From positions 32,001 to 96,000 of the IMG/VR virus record IMGVR_UViG_3300022752_004330: a stretch of 64,000 nt of DNA; one strand, 5' to 3'. Source of the stretch: a virus. Made by a program: the position numbers and the translations under genes. Below are positions 1 to 10,176 of the stretch, piece after piece (positions within the stretch are counted from its first letter, which is position 1; every line of letters begins with the position of its first letter). Below the pieces are notes generated by a model that was not told the origin of the DNA, searched no databases, and saw only the letters and a list, made by a program, of their open reading frames with translations.

Positions 1-8
1 GTTTATAT

Positions 9-491
9 ATGTCTGTAAATCTACTGTCTTGGGCAATAAAACATAAATTACAGACAGTTGAAACTATCGAACCTTCTCAAATAACAGCTCAGGTTAGAGA
101 AAGACAATTATCTTGCCTAGCAAAAAACATTTATCATGAAGCTGGTTCTGAACCTTTTGAAGGTAAGGTAGCAGTGGCACAGGTCACAATAAATCGGGCC
201 AATAGCGAAGGTAAATTTCCAGGTGATATCTGTCACGTCATCTATCAGAAAAATTTATTTTATGATAAAGTACTTTGTCAGTTTAGTTGGGTCTGTGACA
301 GAAACGTATTGTTTAATCCGAAACATCCCGAGATATACGATGAAAGCATGGAAGTAGCCAAAAAGGTACTACTTGAGGGGTTTAGACTTCCAAGTTTAAC
401 TGAGGCGCTGTATTTTCATGCAGATTATATTAACCCGGGTTGGAAAAGGGAAAGGGTGGCTAAAATTGGGCGGCATATCTTCTACAAATAA
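9..491 (+). CDS. Cell wall hydrolase (SleB/Hydrolase_2 family), possibly 5'-truncated by the window edge
   Basis: CLAKNIYHEAGSE..GKVAVAQVTINR, QFSW, ALYFHADY..P.W, IGRHIFY motifs; the frame is open to the window start. Confidence 0.85.
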   Translation: MSVNLLSWAIKHKLQTVETIEPSQITAQVRERQLSCLAKNIYHEAGSEPFEGKVAVAQVTINRANSEGKFPGDICHVIYQKNLFYDKVLCQFSWVCDRNVLFNPKHPEIYDESMEVAKKVLLEGFRLPSLTEALYFHADYINPGWKRERVAKIGRHIFYK

Positions 492-828
492 ATTTAACGG
501 CGTAGTTACAAAAATAACAGGGTTTGTAGCTAATATTCCAAATACAGTATGGGAGTTTTTGCGTAATCATCTTGGTAGGATCAGCGCACATACTCTTGGA
601 TGGTTGACAATAATACTATTACATTTTGCCAGTATTCCTACATTGTTGGCAGTTTTAATGGCGCAAAATGATAAATTACCGCCCGTGGATCTTATGATCT
701 TTGTGTGGAGTGGACTAATTACTTTCTTTTTTAAAAGTCTTATAGAACGTAACTTTCTGTACATTGCGACAATTTGTCTAGGCTTCGGAGCTCAAACAGT
801 GATAATGAGTCTTATACTTTTCAAATAA
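418..828 (+). CDS. Small multi-pass membrane protein (start uncertain)
   Basis: Three hydrophobic segments; the ORF start overlaps the upstream gene. Confidence 0.55.
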   Translation: MQIILTRVGKGKGWLKLGGISSTNKFNGVVTKITGFVANIPNTVWEFLRNHLGRISAHTLGWLTIILLHFASIPTLLAVLMAQNDKLPPVDLMIFVWSGLITFFFKSLIERNFLYIATICLGFGAQTVIMSLILFK

Positions 829-836
829 ATAATTTA

Positions 837-1085
837 ATGCGTATAAACGAATTATTAGAAAAGAAAATATCTGCTCCATCTGCCAGTCAATGTTCTGTAG
901 GCAAGGCAAGGTTAAGTAATGTTCGCTATAGTCAATGCGTTAGTAGAGGCATGCTAAAACATGACAGCGAACATACAGCTGGTACTGGTAAACAAGGAAA
1001 AAAAGGAACCGGCGTTCGTCTTAAGGGCAAAAAGATGAAAAGCGTGATACACGGAGGTCCTGTGAAAGATTACGACGGCAAATAA
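837..1085 (+). CDS. Small basic late protein, hypothetical
   Basis: ATG at 837 lies 5 nt after TAAATA; N-terminus MRINELLE; K/G-rich. Confidence 0.6.
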   Translation: MRINELLEKKISAPSASQCSVGKARLSNVRYSQCVSRGMLKHDSEHTAGTGKQGKKGTGVRLKGKKMKSVIHGGPVKDYDGK

Positions 1086-1426
1086 CCGTCCCAATCTCTT
1101 GTTTTTTCAATGAAAATTTCTAAAATTTCTTTATGATCTAAGTTTTGGAATTCTTTGCTTACTGTGTAAATTTTGTCTATGTCCATGGGTTCCATACCTT
1201 TTAATCCAATAAGTTCAATTATTTCTTGAAAACTTATTTCTTCATTTCTCATGCTGCTTACCCAAATACAAGTTACTAAACAGGCCATAAGCACAATTTT
1301 ATTATTATAGACTCCCTGTATTTCACACCATTCTACAGTGCGTTTGAGATAGTAATCTATATCTTCTAATCTATTTTCTAAGTTCTTGATCCAGTCTTGA
1401 GTGTCTGTTCTTAACCAAGGCTTCAT
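1070..1426 (-). CDS. Hypothetical protein
   Basis: 118-aa ORF coupled to the iscA stop (ATGA overlap). Confidence 0.6.
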   Translation of the reverse strand: MKPWLRTDTQDWIKNLENRLEDIDYYLKRTVEWCEIQGVYNNKIVLMACLVTCIWVSSMRNEEISFQEIIELIGLKGMEPMDIDKIYTVSKEFQNLDHKEILEIFIEKTRDWDGYLPS

Positions 1427-1749
1427 ACGCTAAAACTTTCTCCACATCCACATTTGGCCTTTTCGTTAGGATTTTTAAATTCAAACCCTTCGTTTAATCC
1501 TTGCTTGACCCAGTCCATTTCTAAACCGGTTAGATAAACCGCACTCTTACCATCCACATAAACTTTTACCCCGTGGTTATCATAGACAAATTGATCTCGG
1601 GTAATAGGCGGAGTATCAACATATTCTAGCACATAGGCTAGCCCACTACATCCTGTGGTCTTTACTCCTACCCTAATGCCTAGGCCTTTACCTCTGCGGG
1701 CAAGATTATGCTTTACTTTTTCTGCTGCTCTTTCAGTTAACGAGATCAT
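1423..1749 (-). CDS. iscA: Fe-S cluster assembly A-type carrier IscA
   Basis: [16 protein letters not shown] and C-terminal CGCGESF motifs. Confidence 0.92.
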   Translation of the reverse strand: MISLTERAAEKVKHNLARRGKGLGIRVGVKTTGCSGLAYVLEYVDTPPITRDQFVYDNHGVKVYVDGKSAVYLTGLEMDWVKQGLNEGFEFKNPNEKAKCGCGESFSV

Positions 1750-2130
1750 GTTTTTGTTTATAATCTGCTATTGCCGCTTTTATGGCATCTTCTGCGAGGA
1801 TTGAACAATGTATTTTTACTGGGGGGAGCGCCAGCTCTTCGGCAATCGCCGTATTACGTATTGTGGAAGCCTGGTCAAGAGTCTTGCCTTTAACCCATTC
1901 AGTAACCAGCGAACTACTAGCGATTGCACTGCCGCAACCATAAGTTTTAAATTTTGCATCGGTAATAACACCATCCTCTACCTTTATCTGTAGTTTCATC
2001 ACATCGCCCGTCAGCCGCAAGCGGGAGCACCGACCATGCCGGTTCCCACTTGCGCCATTTCCTCCTTATTAAAAGATCCTACGTTTCTGGGGTTCTCATA
2101 ATGATCCAGAACTTTTTCGCTGTAAGCCAT
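1733..2130 (-). CDS. iscU: Fe-S scaffold IscU, interrupted by an 8-nt insertion (stop plus frame change) at the CGD motif
   Basis: AGGAG SD and ATG at 2130 give [20 protein letters not shown]...GAPACG then TGA (2011-2013); a second frame resumes GGC GAT GTG ATG = (G)DVMKLQIKV...[10 protein letters not shown]...LPPVKIHCS; the joined product is 129 aa. Confidence 0.88.
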
Positions 2131-2132
2131 TT

Positions 2133-2717
2133 TTATTCTCCTAAAATACTTCTAACAACTTCCATTGATTGGAATGAATCCCATTTCTTTCTGTTTTCTT
2201 CTCCTAAGATCCATCTTAAATTTTTCCTACTCCCTAATATAGAGGGATCTATTCCTAGCTCAAATCCTTGACGATAGGGAATAATATGATCCAACTGATA
2301 TTGATTTTTCCTTTTACCTGTGTCAGCAGGTATAAAACCTTCTTGTTTCATAGCATACCAAGATCGATATGTTGCTTTTCTAACTTCTCTCTTATATGCA
2401 GTAAAATTATCGTCTACATAATTCTTAGGACGCCGATTATTAACGCGACCATCTTTGTTAGGATTATCTTGTTTCCATCTTTTGCTTTGTTTTTCATTAG
2501 CAATGCCCTTATTCCAGCCCCATCCTTTTTTTAATCCTTCTCTGTTTTGTTTTGACTTTTGTTCTTCTGTCAGAGTTTTTCCTTTGTTCCAGGGTGTGTA
2601 TTCTCCTCTGTTCAAAGGATTTTTACATTTTTGTGAACAATAATCTAAAAATCTCGGCCTAGTTTCAAATTTTAAACTACAAAAAAGACAAGTTTTAATA
2701 ATGCCATATTTTTTCAT
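2133..2717 (-). CDS. Free-standing HNH homing-endonuclease-like protein with NUMOD3-like repeats and an N-terminal Cys-rich zinc motif
   Basis: CLFC..YCSQKC; PWNKGK / GWNKG repeats; YQLDHIIP...NL...EN.KK HNH core; likely start at 2717, 5 nt after TAAATA. Confidence 0.8.
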   Translation of the reverse strand: MKKYGIIKTCLFCSLKFETRPRFLDYCSQKCKNPLNRGEYTPWNKGKTLTEEQKSKQNREGLKKGWGWNKGIANEKQSKRWKQDNPNKDGRVNNRRPKNYVDDNFTAYKREVRKATYRSWYAMKQEGFIPADTGKRKNQYQLDHIIPYRQGFELGIDPSILGSRKNLRWILGEENRKKWDSFQSMEVVRSILGE

Positions 2718-2787
2718 AACATTATTTATCATCTCGGCGTGCCCGTTTGCGAGTTTAATTTTTAAATTCCTTTTTACTATACTAGCA

Positions 2788-2804
2788 TATTTACCAGGTA
2801 AATA
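2788..2804. promoter_or_regulatory. Back-to-back T4-like late promoters (TATTTAccaggTAAATA)
   Basis: Palindromic pair of TAAATA boxes between the divergent HNH-iscU-iscA and erpA units. Confidence 0.55.
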
Positions 2805-2809
2805 CAAGC

Positions 2810-3133
2810 ATGATTGATATCACAACGTCCGCACAAAATAAGATACAAGAGTTACTTTTGGAAGAAAACAATCCTAATATAAAACTACGCACCTTTGTTC
2901 AAGGAGGTGGATGTTCTGGCTTTCAGTACGGGTTTACTTTTGATGAAGACCAAGCAGATGACGATTTTGAAATTCCAGTAGGCCAATTCAAAATTCTTGT
3001 AGATGCAATGAGTTTACAATATCTGCAAGGAGCAGAAATTGACTATGCAGACGATTTATCTGGTGCTAGTTTCAAAATTAAAAACCCAAATGCTGCTTCT
3101 TCATGCGGATGCGGAAATTCCTTTTCCATTTGA
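2810..3133 (+). CDS. erpA: Fe-S insertion protein ErpA (A-type carrier)
   Basis: [34 protein letters not shown]. Confidence 0.9.
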   Translation: MIDITTSAQNKIQELLLEENNPNIKLRTFVQGGGCSGFQYGFTFDEDQADDDFEIPVGQFKILVDAMSLQYLQGAEIDYADDLSGASFKIKNPNAASSCGCGNSFSI

Positions 3134-3134
3134 C

Positions 3135-3163
3135 TTGACAAAAAGCCAGATTTAACATATAAT
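3135..3163 (+). promoter_or_regulatory. Sigma70-type (early) promoter
   Basis: TTGACA-17 nt-TATAAT upstream of DNA ligase. Confidence 0.8.
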
Positions 3164-3195
3164 TATTGAATCGTAACTATTAACATTCATACACT

Positions 3196-4509
3196 ATGAG
3201 ACATTGCGATTCAATTATTCGTATTCTACAAGATCACCCCAGCAGGTTAAACAAAGAAGCTATTATTCTTGCAGAAGCAGAATCTGGTAATGAAGAACTT
3301 TTCGCCGGATTTAGATGGTGCCTGAGCCCATATGCTACATTTGGTGTGAAAAAAGTTCCAGAACACAAAAACCCAGATGGTCCCGGAGTGTCTTGGAACG
3401 ACTTTGAAACATTATTGAACATGCTGAGTTCACGAACTATTACTGGACACGATGCAAGAGATGCTATTGAGCGAGTAATGCTAGCCAGCACCAGAAGTCA
3501 ATGGAATGATTGGTATAGACGCATATTGATTAAGGATCTGCGTTGTGGCGTAAGTGAAAAAACTATCAACAAGGTACTACAGGATTTTCCTAACATTGTA
3601 CCTATTCCTGTATTTGAGTGTATGTTAGCACATGATTCTGCTAATCATGAAAAGAAAATTCAAGGTAAAAAATTATTAGAACCCAAACTAGATGGTGTCA
3701 GAGTAATCACCATAGTTGACACTGTGAATAACACAGTGGTGCAATATAGTAGAAATGGTAAAGTATTAGAAAATTTCACTCATATTACCGACAGTTTGTT
3801 AAAACACATTAATCTAATTGAACGTCCTATGGTATTAGACGGTGAAATAGTAAGTACTAGTTTTCAAGATCTTATGAAGCAGGTACATCGCAAGGACAAT
3901 GTACAGGCTGGCGACGCAAGATTAATGCTGTTTGATATTATCCCGTTAAGTGAGTTCAGGGCAGGGGTTAGTGTAATGGGACAGCGCCGCCGTAGTAATT
4001 TGTTACGTACGATGAAACCAATTTTTAATATAATTGGTCATATTGATATTATTCCTCAAGAAGAAGTTGACCTGGACACCTATGTTGGAGAGTTGCAATT
4101 TAAACAGTTTAACAAAGATGCTATAGACAAGGGTTTTGAAGGTATTATGATAAAGGATTTAGAGGCAAAGTATGAATGTAAAAGATCAGCTAGCTGGCTT
4201 AAGCAAAAACCTTTCATTGAAGTATCACTTCAAGTCGTTGAGGTTGAAGAGGGCACAGGCAGGAATGTGGGCAGACTTGGTGCACTGGTCTTGGAAGGTG
4301 TGGATGACGACAAGACAATCAGAGTTAACTGTGGTTCGGGCTTTAGTGACGCTGACCGCGGTATATTTTGGACAGGGCGTGATACGCTACCTGGTCAAGT
4401 AGTAGAGGTTCGTGCAGATGCTATTACACAAAATCAAGACGGTTCTTACTCGCTTAGGTTTCCGAGATTCCTACGTTTCCGAGGATTTAAAGCAGGGGAG
4501 AAACTCTAG
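3196..4509 (+). CDS. ATP-dependent DNA ligase
   Basis: EPKLDGVR (motif I), LDGEI, EGIMIK, WLKQK, SLRFPRF. Confidence 0.93.
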   Translation: MRHCDSIIRILQDHPSRLNKEAIILAEAESGNEELFAGFRWCLSPYATFGVKKVPEHKNPDGPGVSWNDFETLLNMLSSRTITGHDARDAIERVMLASTRSQWNDWYRRILIKDLRCGVSEKTINKVLQDFPNIVPIPVFECMLAHDSANHEKKIQGKKLLEPKLDGVRVITIVDTVNNTVVQYSRNGKVLENFTHITDSLLKHINLIERPMVLDGEIVSTSFQDLMKQVHRKDNVQAGDARLMLFDIIPLSEFRAGVSVMGQRRRSNLLRTMKPIFNIIGHIDIIPQEEVDLDTYVGELQFKQFNKDAIDKGFEGIMIKDLEAKYECKRSASWLKQKPFIEVSLQVVEVEEGTGRNVGRLGALVLEGVDDDKTIRVNCGSGFSDADRGIFWTGRDTLPGQVVEVRADAITQNQDGSYSLRFPRFLRFRGFKAGEKL

Positions 4510-4510
4510 T

Positions 4511-4753
4511 TTGGATAAACAAGCCTTGAAGAATATCTTATATGGAAGTATATATGAGTTAGCTAAAGATCAGAAATATTTTTATCATAGTCCCTTTGGA
4601 GGAAAGTATAATCATTTTACTCCAGAAGGAGAAAAGGCTGTTTTAGAAATCTTAACCATATGGGTAGAAAAAATTTTGCAAGAAGAAAAAACTATTTTAG
4701 ACCAACGTGCTAAAGAATTAGTTATTAAAGGATTAAAAGGAGACAAAGACTAG
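4511..4753 (+). CDS. Hypothetical protein (probable TTG start)
   Basis: ORF fills the gap between ligase and infA. Confidence 0.55.
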   Translation: MDKQALKNILYGSIYELAKDQKYFYHSPFGGKYNHFTPEGEKAVLEILTIWVEKILQEEKTILDQRAKELVIKGLKGDKD

Positions 4754-4971
4754 TGCCAAAAGAGGATTTAATAAGTTTAGATGGAAAAATTGAAGAAGTT
4801 TTACCTAATGCCATGTTCAGAGTGAAATTAGAACAAGGAGCAATAATATTAGGACATATCAGTGGTCGTATGCGGCAAAATAAAATACAAATTTTAACCG
4901 GTGATCGTGTTAAAGTTGAAATGAGTCCTTATGATTTAACCAAAGGACGCATTGTCTATAGAGAAAAATAG
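4753..4971 (+). CDS. infA: Translation initiation factor IF-1
   Basis: [49 protein letters not shown]; 72 aa; GTG start. Confidence 0.95.
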   Translation: MPKEDLISLDGKIEEVLPNAMFRVKLEQGAIILGHISGRMRQNKIQILTGDRVKVEMSPYDLTKGRIVYREK

Positions 4972-5487
4972 TTAATCTAAATCTAAATAACGTCTCCAGC
5001 TGGCATGGGCGAGCGAAAACTCCATGCTTTTTCTGTTATCTACTAACTGGTAGTAATTAGGTTTGTAAGGTTTAATCTTTGGCTTAATTTTTTTGTTATT
5101 TCCCTTTTTAGCATTGCAATCTCCACAGGCTGTCACTGTGTTTTCAAACACAGTTTTACCACCATAACTGGTCGGTAAGACATGATCTAACGTAGCTGTG
5201 GCACGATTCACTTTTACCTCGCAATATTGACAGGTAAATCTATCACGTAGAAATACATTAGATTTACTAAATCGTACGGTTAACTTACGTTTTTCATAAA
5301 CGTGCAACATCATCACCGAAGGCACAGGAGTTGACCAATTTGGTGAGCTTACTACCCAGTTTTCATAAAACTCTAATACTGCGGCCTTTTCTAATACCAT
5401 GTATTTTATAGATTCTTCCCATGGAATTACACTTAACGGAAGCCAAGACACTGGGGCTCCGTCTGCATTTAATATCAACGTCGTCAT
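4972..5487 (-). CDS. HNH endonuclease (McrA-like)
   Basis: TLILNAD..P; VFLRDRFTCQYC; TLDHVLP..GG....N..TAC..CN..KG. Confidence 0.88.
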   Translation of the reverse strand: MTTLILNADGAPVSWLPLSVIPWEESIKYMVLEKAAVLEFYENWVVSSPNWSTPVPSVMMLHVYEKRKLTVRFSKSNVFLRDRFTCQYCEVKVNRATATLDHVLPTSYGGKTVFENTVTACGDCNAKKGNNKKIKPKIKPYKPNYYQLVDNRKSMEFSLAHASWRRYLDLD

Positions 5488-5564
5488 TTTTGAATTTATT
5501 TATGAAAGTAAATATACTACTTTATTCTAACATAAAATAAAAATAAATGCAACTAAATAATGAT

Positions 5565-5846
5565 ATGACGTATTCTACCTTTATCCATTCTGGCATTGTT
5601 AATCCAAAGACCACAGTCTTACCCGAAAACAAAGAACCCGAAACTGTGGTTATTGAATATGATTTATTATCTGAAATCCTACAGTCTGTTCACGGACGTA
5701 AAGAAATAAAGACAATTTTAGAAAAAATTAAAGAATTAAAAGATACTGGTGTACTAACTAAAAAATCTCATGCTGAGGCGTTTGAATTAACTATCTCAGA
5801 AGATGATAAAGCTCTAAAAGATATTAAAAAATTAGCTGGATTGTAA
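5565..5846 (+). CDS. Hypothetical late protein
   Basis: ATG 5 nt after TAAATA; C-terminal IKKLAGL. Confidence 0.55.
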   Translation: MTYSTFIHSGIVNPKTTVLPENKEPETVVIEYDLLSEILQSVHGRKEIKTILEKIKELKDTGVLTKKSHAEAFELTISEDDKALKDIKKLAGL

Positions 5847-5847
5847 A

Positions 5848-7047
5848 ATGAGTATATTATTCATTAACACTGGAACTGGAGCCAATGCTAAAAATGGCGA
5901 TTCACTAAGAACAGCGTTTAATAAAGTAAATCAAAACTTTGCCTATTTAAGCACTGCAAGTTTCGATAAGCATGGAGTTACAGGACCCCAAGGAGTTCCA
6001 GGACCAACTGGTCCAGAAGGTCCGCAGGGTGGACTAGGTCCAATTGGTGTAACTGGTCCACAAGGGCCAAAGGGTGATTTTGGCCCAACTGGTCCTAGCG
6101 GCCCGGCCAGCACAGTTCCAGGGCCACAAGGTCCCACAGGTTCAGTAGGCCCAACTGGTCCAACGGGTGCTATAGGTCCCACAGGTCCCAGCGGAGGACC
6201 TCCAGGTCCAACTGGCCCAACAGGTATACAGGGGCAAATAGGACCTTCTGGTCCATCAGGCCCTCAAGGTTTAAAGGGTGATACTGGAAGTATACAGGTA
6301 AGTTTAATTACTATTGGTAATACTATTACCAATGCTGTAAACAATGTAACCGCATTGAGATTTGATCAGGACAGCGGATTTGATGTTGTGAACCTAGGCG
6401 GCGGTGCTGCCAAAATACAGCTCAATAGTACCTTTAAATATTGGAACGTAAACGGTCTTCCAGGATTAACAGCTGAGGCATTAGATACAGTTAATTTTGT
6501 TGCCAGCACAGGCACTAGAATTGTAGCAACTACATCTGGCACTAACAAATCTATCACATTTAGCGTATTACCCGCTACCACAACTACTCTAGGCGGTGTA
6601 AAATCTGGCGTAGGATTAAACATTTCTGCAGACGGAACTCTCAGCGTAAGAGCAGCTACCACACAGTCTTTAGGCGGTATTATTATTGGTAGTGGTCTAG
6701 CAGCAGGAGTAGACGGCACTGTTAGCGCAGCAGGAGTTATAAAAACTTTTAATGTTGCAGGTGAATTTTGGAGTCCTGTAGCAGGCACAGCAGCCTTTTT
6801 TGTTACTCAACAAACCACACTAAGGTCTGTTAATATCAGTGTAGGATCTGGTTCTACTTCAGATATCATGGCGGGTTTATATAGAAATAATAGTTTGATA
6901 TCTTTTTTTACTTTGCCAGCTGGTTATCAAAACTTGTGGATAAATAGTCCTATTACCACCTTATATGTAAATGATAGACTTACAGTGAGCATTGAAACTG
7001 GTCAAGGGTTGAATTTTTCAATGGAACTGCTTAATATCCAAAAATAA
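5848..7047 (+). CDS. Collagen-like (Gly-X-Y) tail fibre/baseplate-associated protein
   Basis: N-terminal [23 protein letters not shown] resembling T4-like baseplate attachment motifs; long GPT/GPQ run; [10 protein letters not shown] repeats. Confidence 0.75.
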   Translation: MSILFINTGTGANAKNGDSLRTAFNKVNQNFAYLSTASFDKHGVTGPQGVPGPTGPEGPQGGLGPIGVTGPQGPKGDFGPTGPSGPASTVPGPQGPTGSVGPTGPTGAIGPTGPSGGPPGPTGPTGIQGQIGPSGPSGPQGLKGDTGSIQVSLITIGNTITNAVNNVTALRFDQDSGFDVVNLGGGAAKIQLNSTFKYWNVNGLPGLTAEALDTVNFVASTGTRIVATTSGTNKSITFSVLPATTTTLGGVKSGVGLNISADGTLSVRAATTQSLGGIIIGSGLAAGVDGTVSAAGVIKTFNVAGEFWSPVAGTAAFFVTQQTTLRSVNISVGSGSTSDIMAGLYRNNSLISFFTLPAGYQNLWINSPITTLYVNDRLTVSIETGQGLNFSMELLNIQK

Positions 7048-7112
7048 TAAAAATAGATAAATAAATTTACAATAAGTTTCGGGTGAGACTTGAGAAATAG
7101 GAGATTAAACTA

Positions 7113-10112
7113 ATGGCTACTTTAAATGAATTAGGTAGAAATAGTGCAAGTATAACATACGGACCGTTCGCGACTGGTGCTGACATTTGGCCAACTTTTG
7201 CTTTGTTTGATCAATGGATTAGAAATGATACCATGCAAGGCACAGTTACAGCTTCTGGCACAACAGTTACAGGTGCCGGTACTATTTTTACTACACAATT
7301 ACGTGCTGGCGATGTTGTAATGGTCGCTGGACAACTTAGAACAATTGCAACTGTGGTATCAGATACATCATGTACTGTAACAGTGGCGTTTAGTCCTGCC
7401 GTGAGCTTGCCAACATTAATGGAACACATTAATAACACGTTCGGTGGAAGCGGTGGAAGTCTTACAGGAACTATTGCTTGTTCAGTAAGAAATAATGTAA
7501 CAGGTGTAGTTAGTTGCACCAACGGTTCTGCCGTGGTAAATGGTGTTGGAACGTATTTTTTAAGTGAATTAACTAATAGCGTAACAACAAATGCACTAGC
7601 TGGTACAGTTGCAGTAGACACAAGTGGAAATGTTACAGGTTCTGCTACTACATTTAACCAAGGTGCAGATGGAAGCACTAATAGACTACAGGTAGGCGAT
7701 AGTGTGCTTATCGGAAGTGCTTATTTTATTATTGCAACAGTAACTAGTGATACTGCTGCTACTGTTGTAACTCCTCCTGCGGTGGCTATTTCAGCTGGTG
7801 CTACTATTGCTAAAGCGCTTAACGCAGTTTCAGGAAGAACAGTTCAAATACAAGGCAGATTAAGAACAGTTTTATCTGTTGTAAGTAACAACCAAATTAT
7901 TCTGAACGCTCCAATGGATTTCACCGATAGCAATTTAAAAATTAGATCATGGCCAAGAGGTACACTTACTGTTTCTGCTGGTAGTTCTGGTGTTACAGGT
8001 GTTAGTACAAACTTTAGCTGGGATTGTGTAAACGGTGATCAAATGTGGATCGGTGATGAGCTTAGAGGTTTTACATTTACTGCTAATGCTACAAACAGTG
8101 CTACACTAGTCGACTATACAGGATATGCAGGATCATCGATTGCGGTGTTACGTCAAGCAGTGACAGCTATTCAGTTTTATCGAGATGACACATACCTAAT
8201 AGGTACAGGTTCTAATTTTATCAACGAAGTTAGAGTAGGCGACGATTTAGTAATTGATTGCACAAGAGTTACTGTAACAGCAGTATTAAGTGCAACCAGT
8301 ATGAGAATCAGTTTACCATTTAGTCATAATATCACAGCAGCCACTGCCTATAAGCTGAAGAAGTTACATGGTTATGTACTAGAAGGTACAAGAGAAGGTG
8401 CAGGTACCGGTGGTAAATTTTCTCAGGTTACTTCGATGGCGTTGGCCGCTGGTACAATTTATCCAGCAGGTTCAACACAGGTTGTTGTTGCTTCTTCAAC
8501 AAACTTTTCACAGTTTGGTATTATAAAGATTTCAGGTGCAGGTGGACCACCTCAGCAGTTAGCAGGTCAAGTTACTGCAACAGGTACCGCAGTTACTGGT
8601 GTCAATACATTGTTTACAACACAGTTACATATTGGTGCAGAAATTATTATTGCTGGACAACATGCCGTGGTAACTGCGATAACCAGTGATACTGCTTGTA
8701 CTGTTTCACAGTCTTTCACTATTGCTGTGGCAACAATTACCCCAATTTACAGAAGTATTCCTTTGTATACATGGATGGCTGCTGTAAGCGGCACGACAAT
8801 CACACTGGGTGTTCCATTACGTCACCCAATTTATAGCACCGGTCAACTGCCACATCTAATCTACACACATACAGGTGCCACAGACTTTATTGAATATGTC
8901 TACAGTGCTCCAAATTATGCTATTGACAACTTAACAGGCGGCGGTACGGCAACATTGAGTAATGTAAGCTTAGATAGAAAGTATTTCGGGCTAAGATATT
9001 ATCCATTAGCAACCGGTGATGGTTCAGGTAACTTAATTACCAACGCTGGTAGCGCAATGAATCTTACTGTATACGAACGTTGGGCAGCTAGTTATGGTCA
9101 AGCAGGTGGTGTTGGAATTAACCAAGCAGATTTAAGTGGCGGTACACATGCGCTCACAGCCACTGCTCCAAACTTCTATGGTGTTGATCAAACTAACATG
9201 TCACAGACCACAGGCGGTTTCTTGTACTTGTTTGCTCATCCACGTTATATGGTTGTTCAAGGCAAGACATTCTTAAACGTTCAAAAGAGATGGCTCGGTT
9301 GTATTGAGTTTGAGCGTGCCCAACCAGAAGATACTTCAACTGGTCTTGGTACCACAGCAGGTATTACGTTTAACCTCGGTGCTCCGTTACTTACTGTTGG
9401 TGGTAGTGGATCTAACGTACCAATTTCGTTGAATATTTCACCATGGCCCTGCTATGCTTATTTCAACGGTGAGCGTTTCCCAATTGGTGGATCGCAATTA
9501 GCTACACTTCCTGTGTCATTGACACATGGGACACACGGTATGTTATTTGCTACACCACGTGTTCGTTGTTCAACAGGCGATTTAACAGGTCAAAACGCAC
9601 ATATCTATAGCGCATGTACTATTACAACTGGTGCGTGGGGTCATATGATTGAGTTTATTGGTAGCGGTGCTTATCAAACTACTTCAGCAGGTTCGGGCGG
9701 TGCTTTAGTAGCTCAACCAGCTGGTGCGTTCCCTCAGTTACACATGGGACAGATTGTGCCTGTTTATACTAACGTATATAACAGTAAGCGTTTTATGTTT
9801 AGTCCAGTGGTTGTACTTGGTCCAAAATATGATCCAGATATCCGTGGTAGAATTTACGGATTGAAGATTATTCCAAGTGGTCTAGGTACACTAATGGATA
9901 CAGTAAGTGTAACAATTGACAGTGCGTTCTTTTATAACGCAGCAGGAACAGCCACTGATCATTGGGTACTAACTTCTTCAGTTAATACATTTAGAACTAC
10001 ATTGGCAGGTAATAACTTCCAATCTTCACGTAGTTTAGAAGATTCAACAACACTTGCGGCTAACAGTGTTCTAACATTTACTAATAACTTTAGGTTTGCT
10101 TTGCCTGCCTAA
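7113..10112 (+). CDS. Large virion structural/tail fibre protein with repeated beta modules
   Basis: Recurrent GTVT.SGTTVTG.GT.FTT.L..GD modules; T/G/A-rich; GGAG SD. Confidence 0.7.
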   Translation: MATLNELGRNSASITYGPFATGADIWPTFALFDQWIRNDTMQGTVTASGTTVTGAGTIFTTQLRAGDVVMVAGQLRTIATVVSDTSCTVTVAFSPAVSLPTLMEHINNTFGGSGGSLTGTIACSVRNNVTGVVSCTNGSAVVNGVGTYFLSELTNSVTTNALAGTVAVDTSGNVTGSATTFNQGADGSTNRLQVGDSVLIGSAYFIIATVTSDTAATVVTPPAVAISAGATIAKALNAVSGRTVQIQGRLRTVLSVVSNNQIILNAPMDFTDSNLKIRSWPRGTLTVSAGSSGVTGVSTNFSWDCVNGDQMWIGDELRGFTFTANATNSATLVDYTGYAGSSIAVLRQAVTAIQFYRDDTYLIGTGSNFINEVRVGDDLVIDCTRVTVTAVLSATSMRISLPFSHNITAATAYKLKKLHGYVLEGTREGAGTGGKFSQVTSMALAAGTIYPAGSTQVVVASSTNFSQFGIIKISGAGGPPQQLAGQVTATGTAVTGVNTLFTTQLHIGAEIIIAGQHAVVTAITSDTACTVSQSFTIAVATITPIYRSIPLYTWMAAVSGTTITLGVPLRHPIYSTGQLPHLIYTHTGATDFIEYVYSAPNYAIDNLTGGGTATLSNVSLDRKYFGLRYYPLATGDGSGNLITNAGSAMNLTVYERWAASYGQAGGVGINQADLSGGTHALTATAPNFYGVDQTNMSQTTGGFLYLFAHPRYMVVQGKTFLNVQKRWLGCIEFERAQPEDTSTGLGTTAGITFNLGAPLLTVGGSGSNVPISLNISPWPCYAYFNGERFPIGGSQLATLPVSLTHGTHGMLFATPRVRCSTGDLTGQNAHIYSACTITTGAWGHMIEFIGSGAYQTTSAGSGGALVAQPAGAFPQLHMGQIVPVYTNVYNSKRFMFSPVVVLGPKYDPDIRGRIYGLKIIPSGLGTLMDTVSVTIDSAFFYNAAGTATDHWVLTSSVNTFRTTLAGNNFQSSRSLEDSTTLAANSVLTFTNNFRFALPA

Positions 10113-10132
10113 TGAGTTTAAAGGTAGAAATT

Positions 10133-10161
10133 AAATGCCCGTCAATGACGGGCATTTTTTT
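10133..10161 (+). terminator. Rho-independent terminator
   Basis: AAATGCCCGTCA-A-TGACGGGCATTT followed by a T-run. Confidence 0.85.
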
Positions 10162-10176
10162 GGTAAATAGTTTATC

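Noticed and set aside
1733-2020. ORF-track 95-aa protein MRLTGDVMK... as a complete gene
   Set aside because: It is the 3' half of iscU; the SD, start and first conserved Cys lie upstream in another frame (2130-2011).
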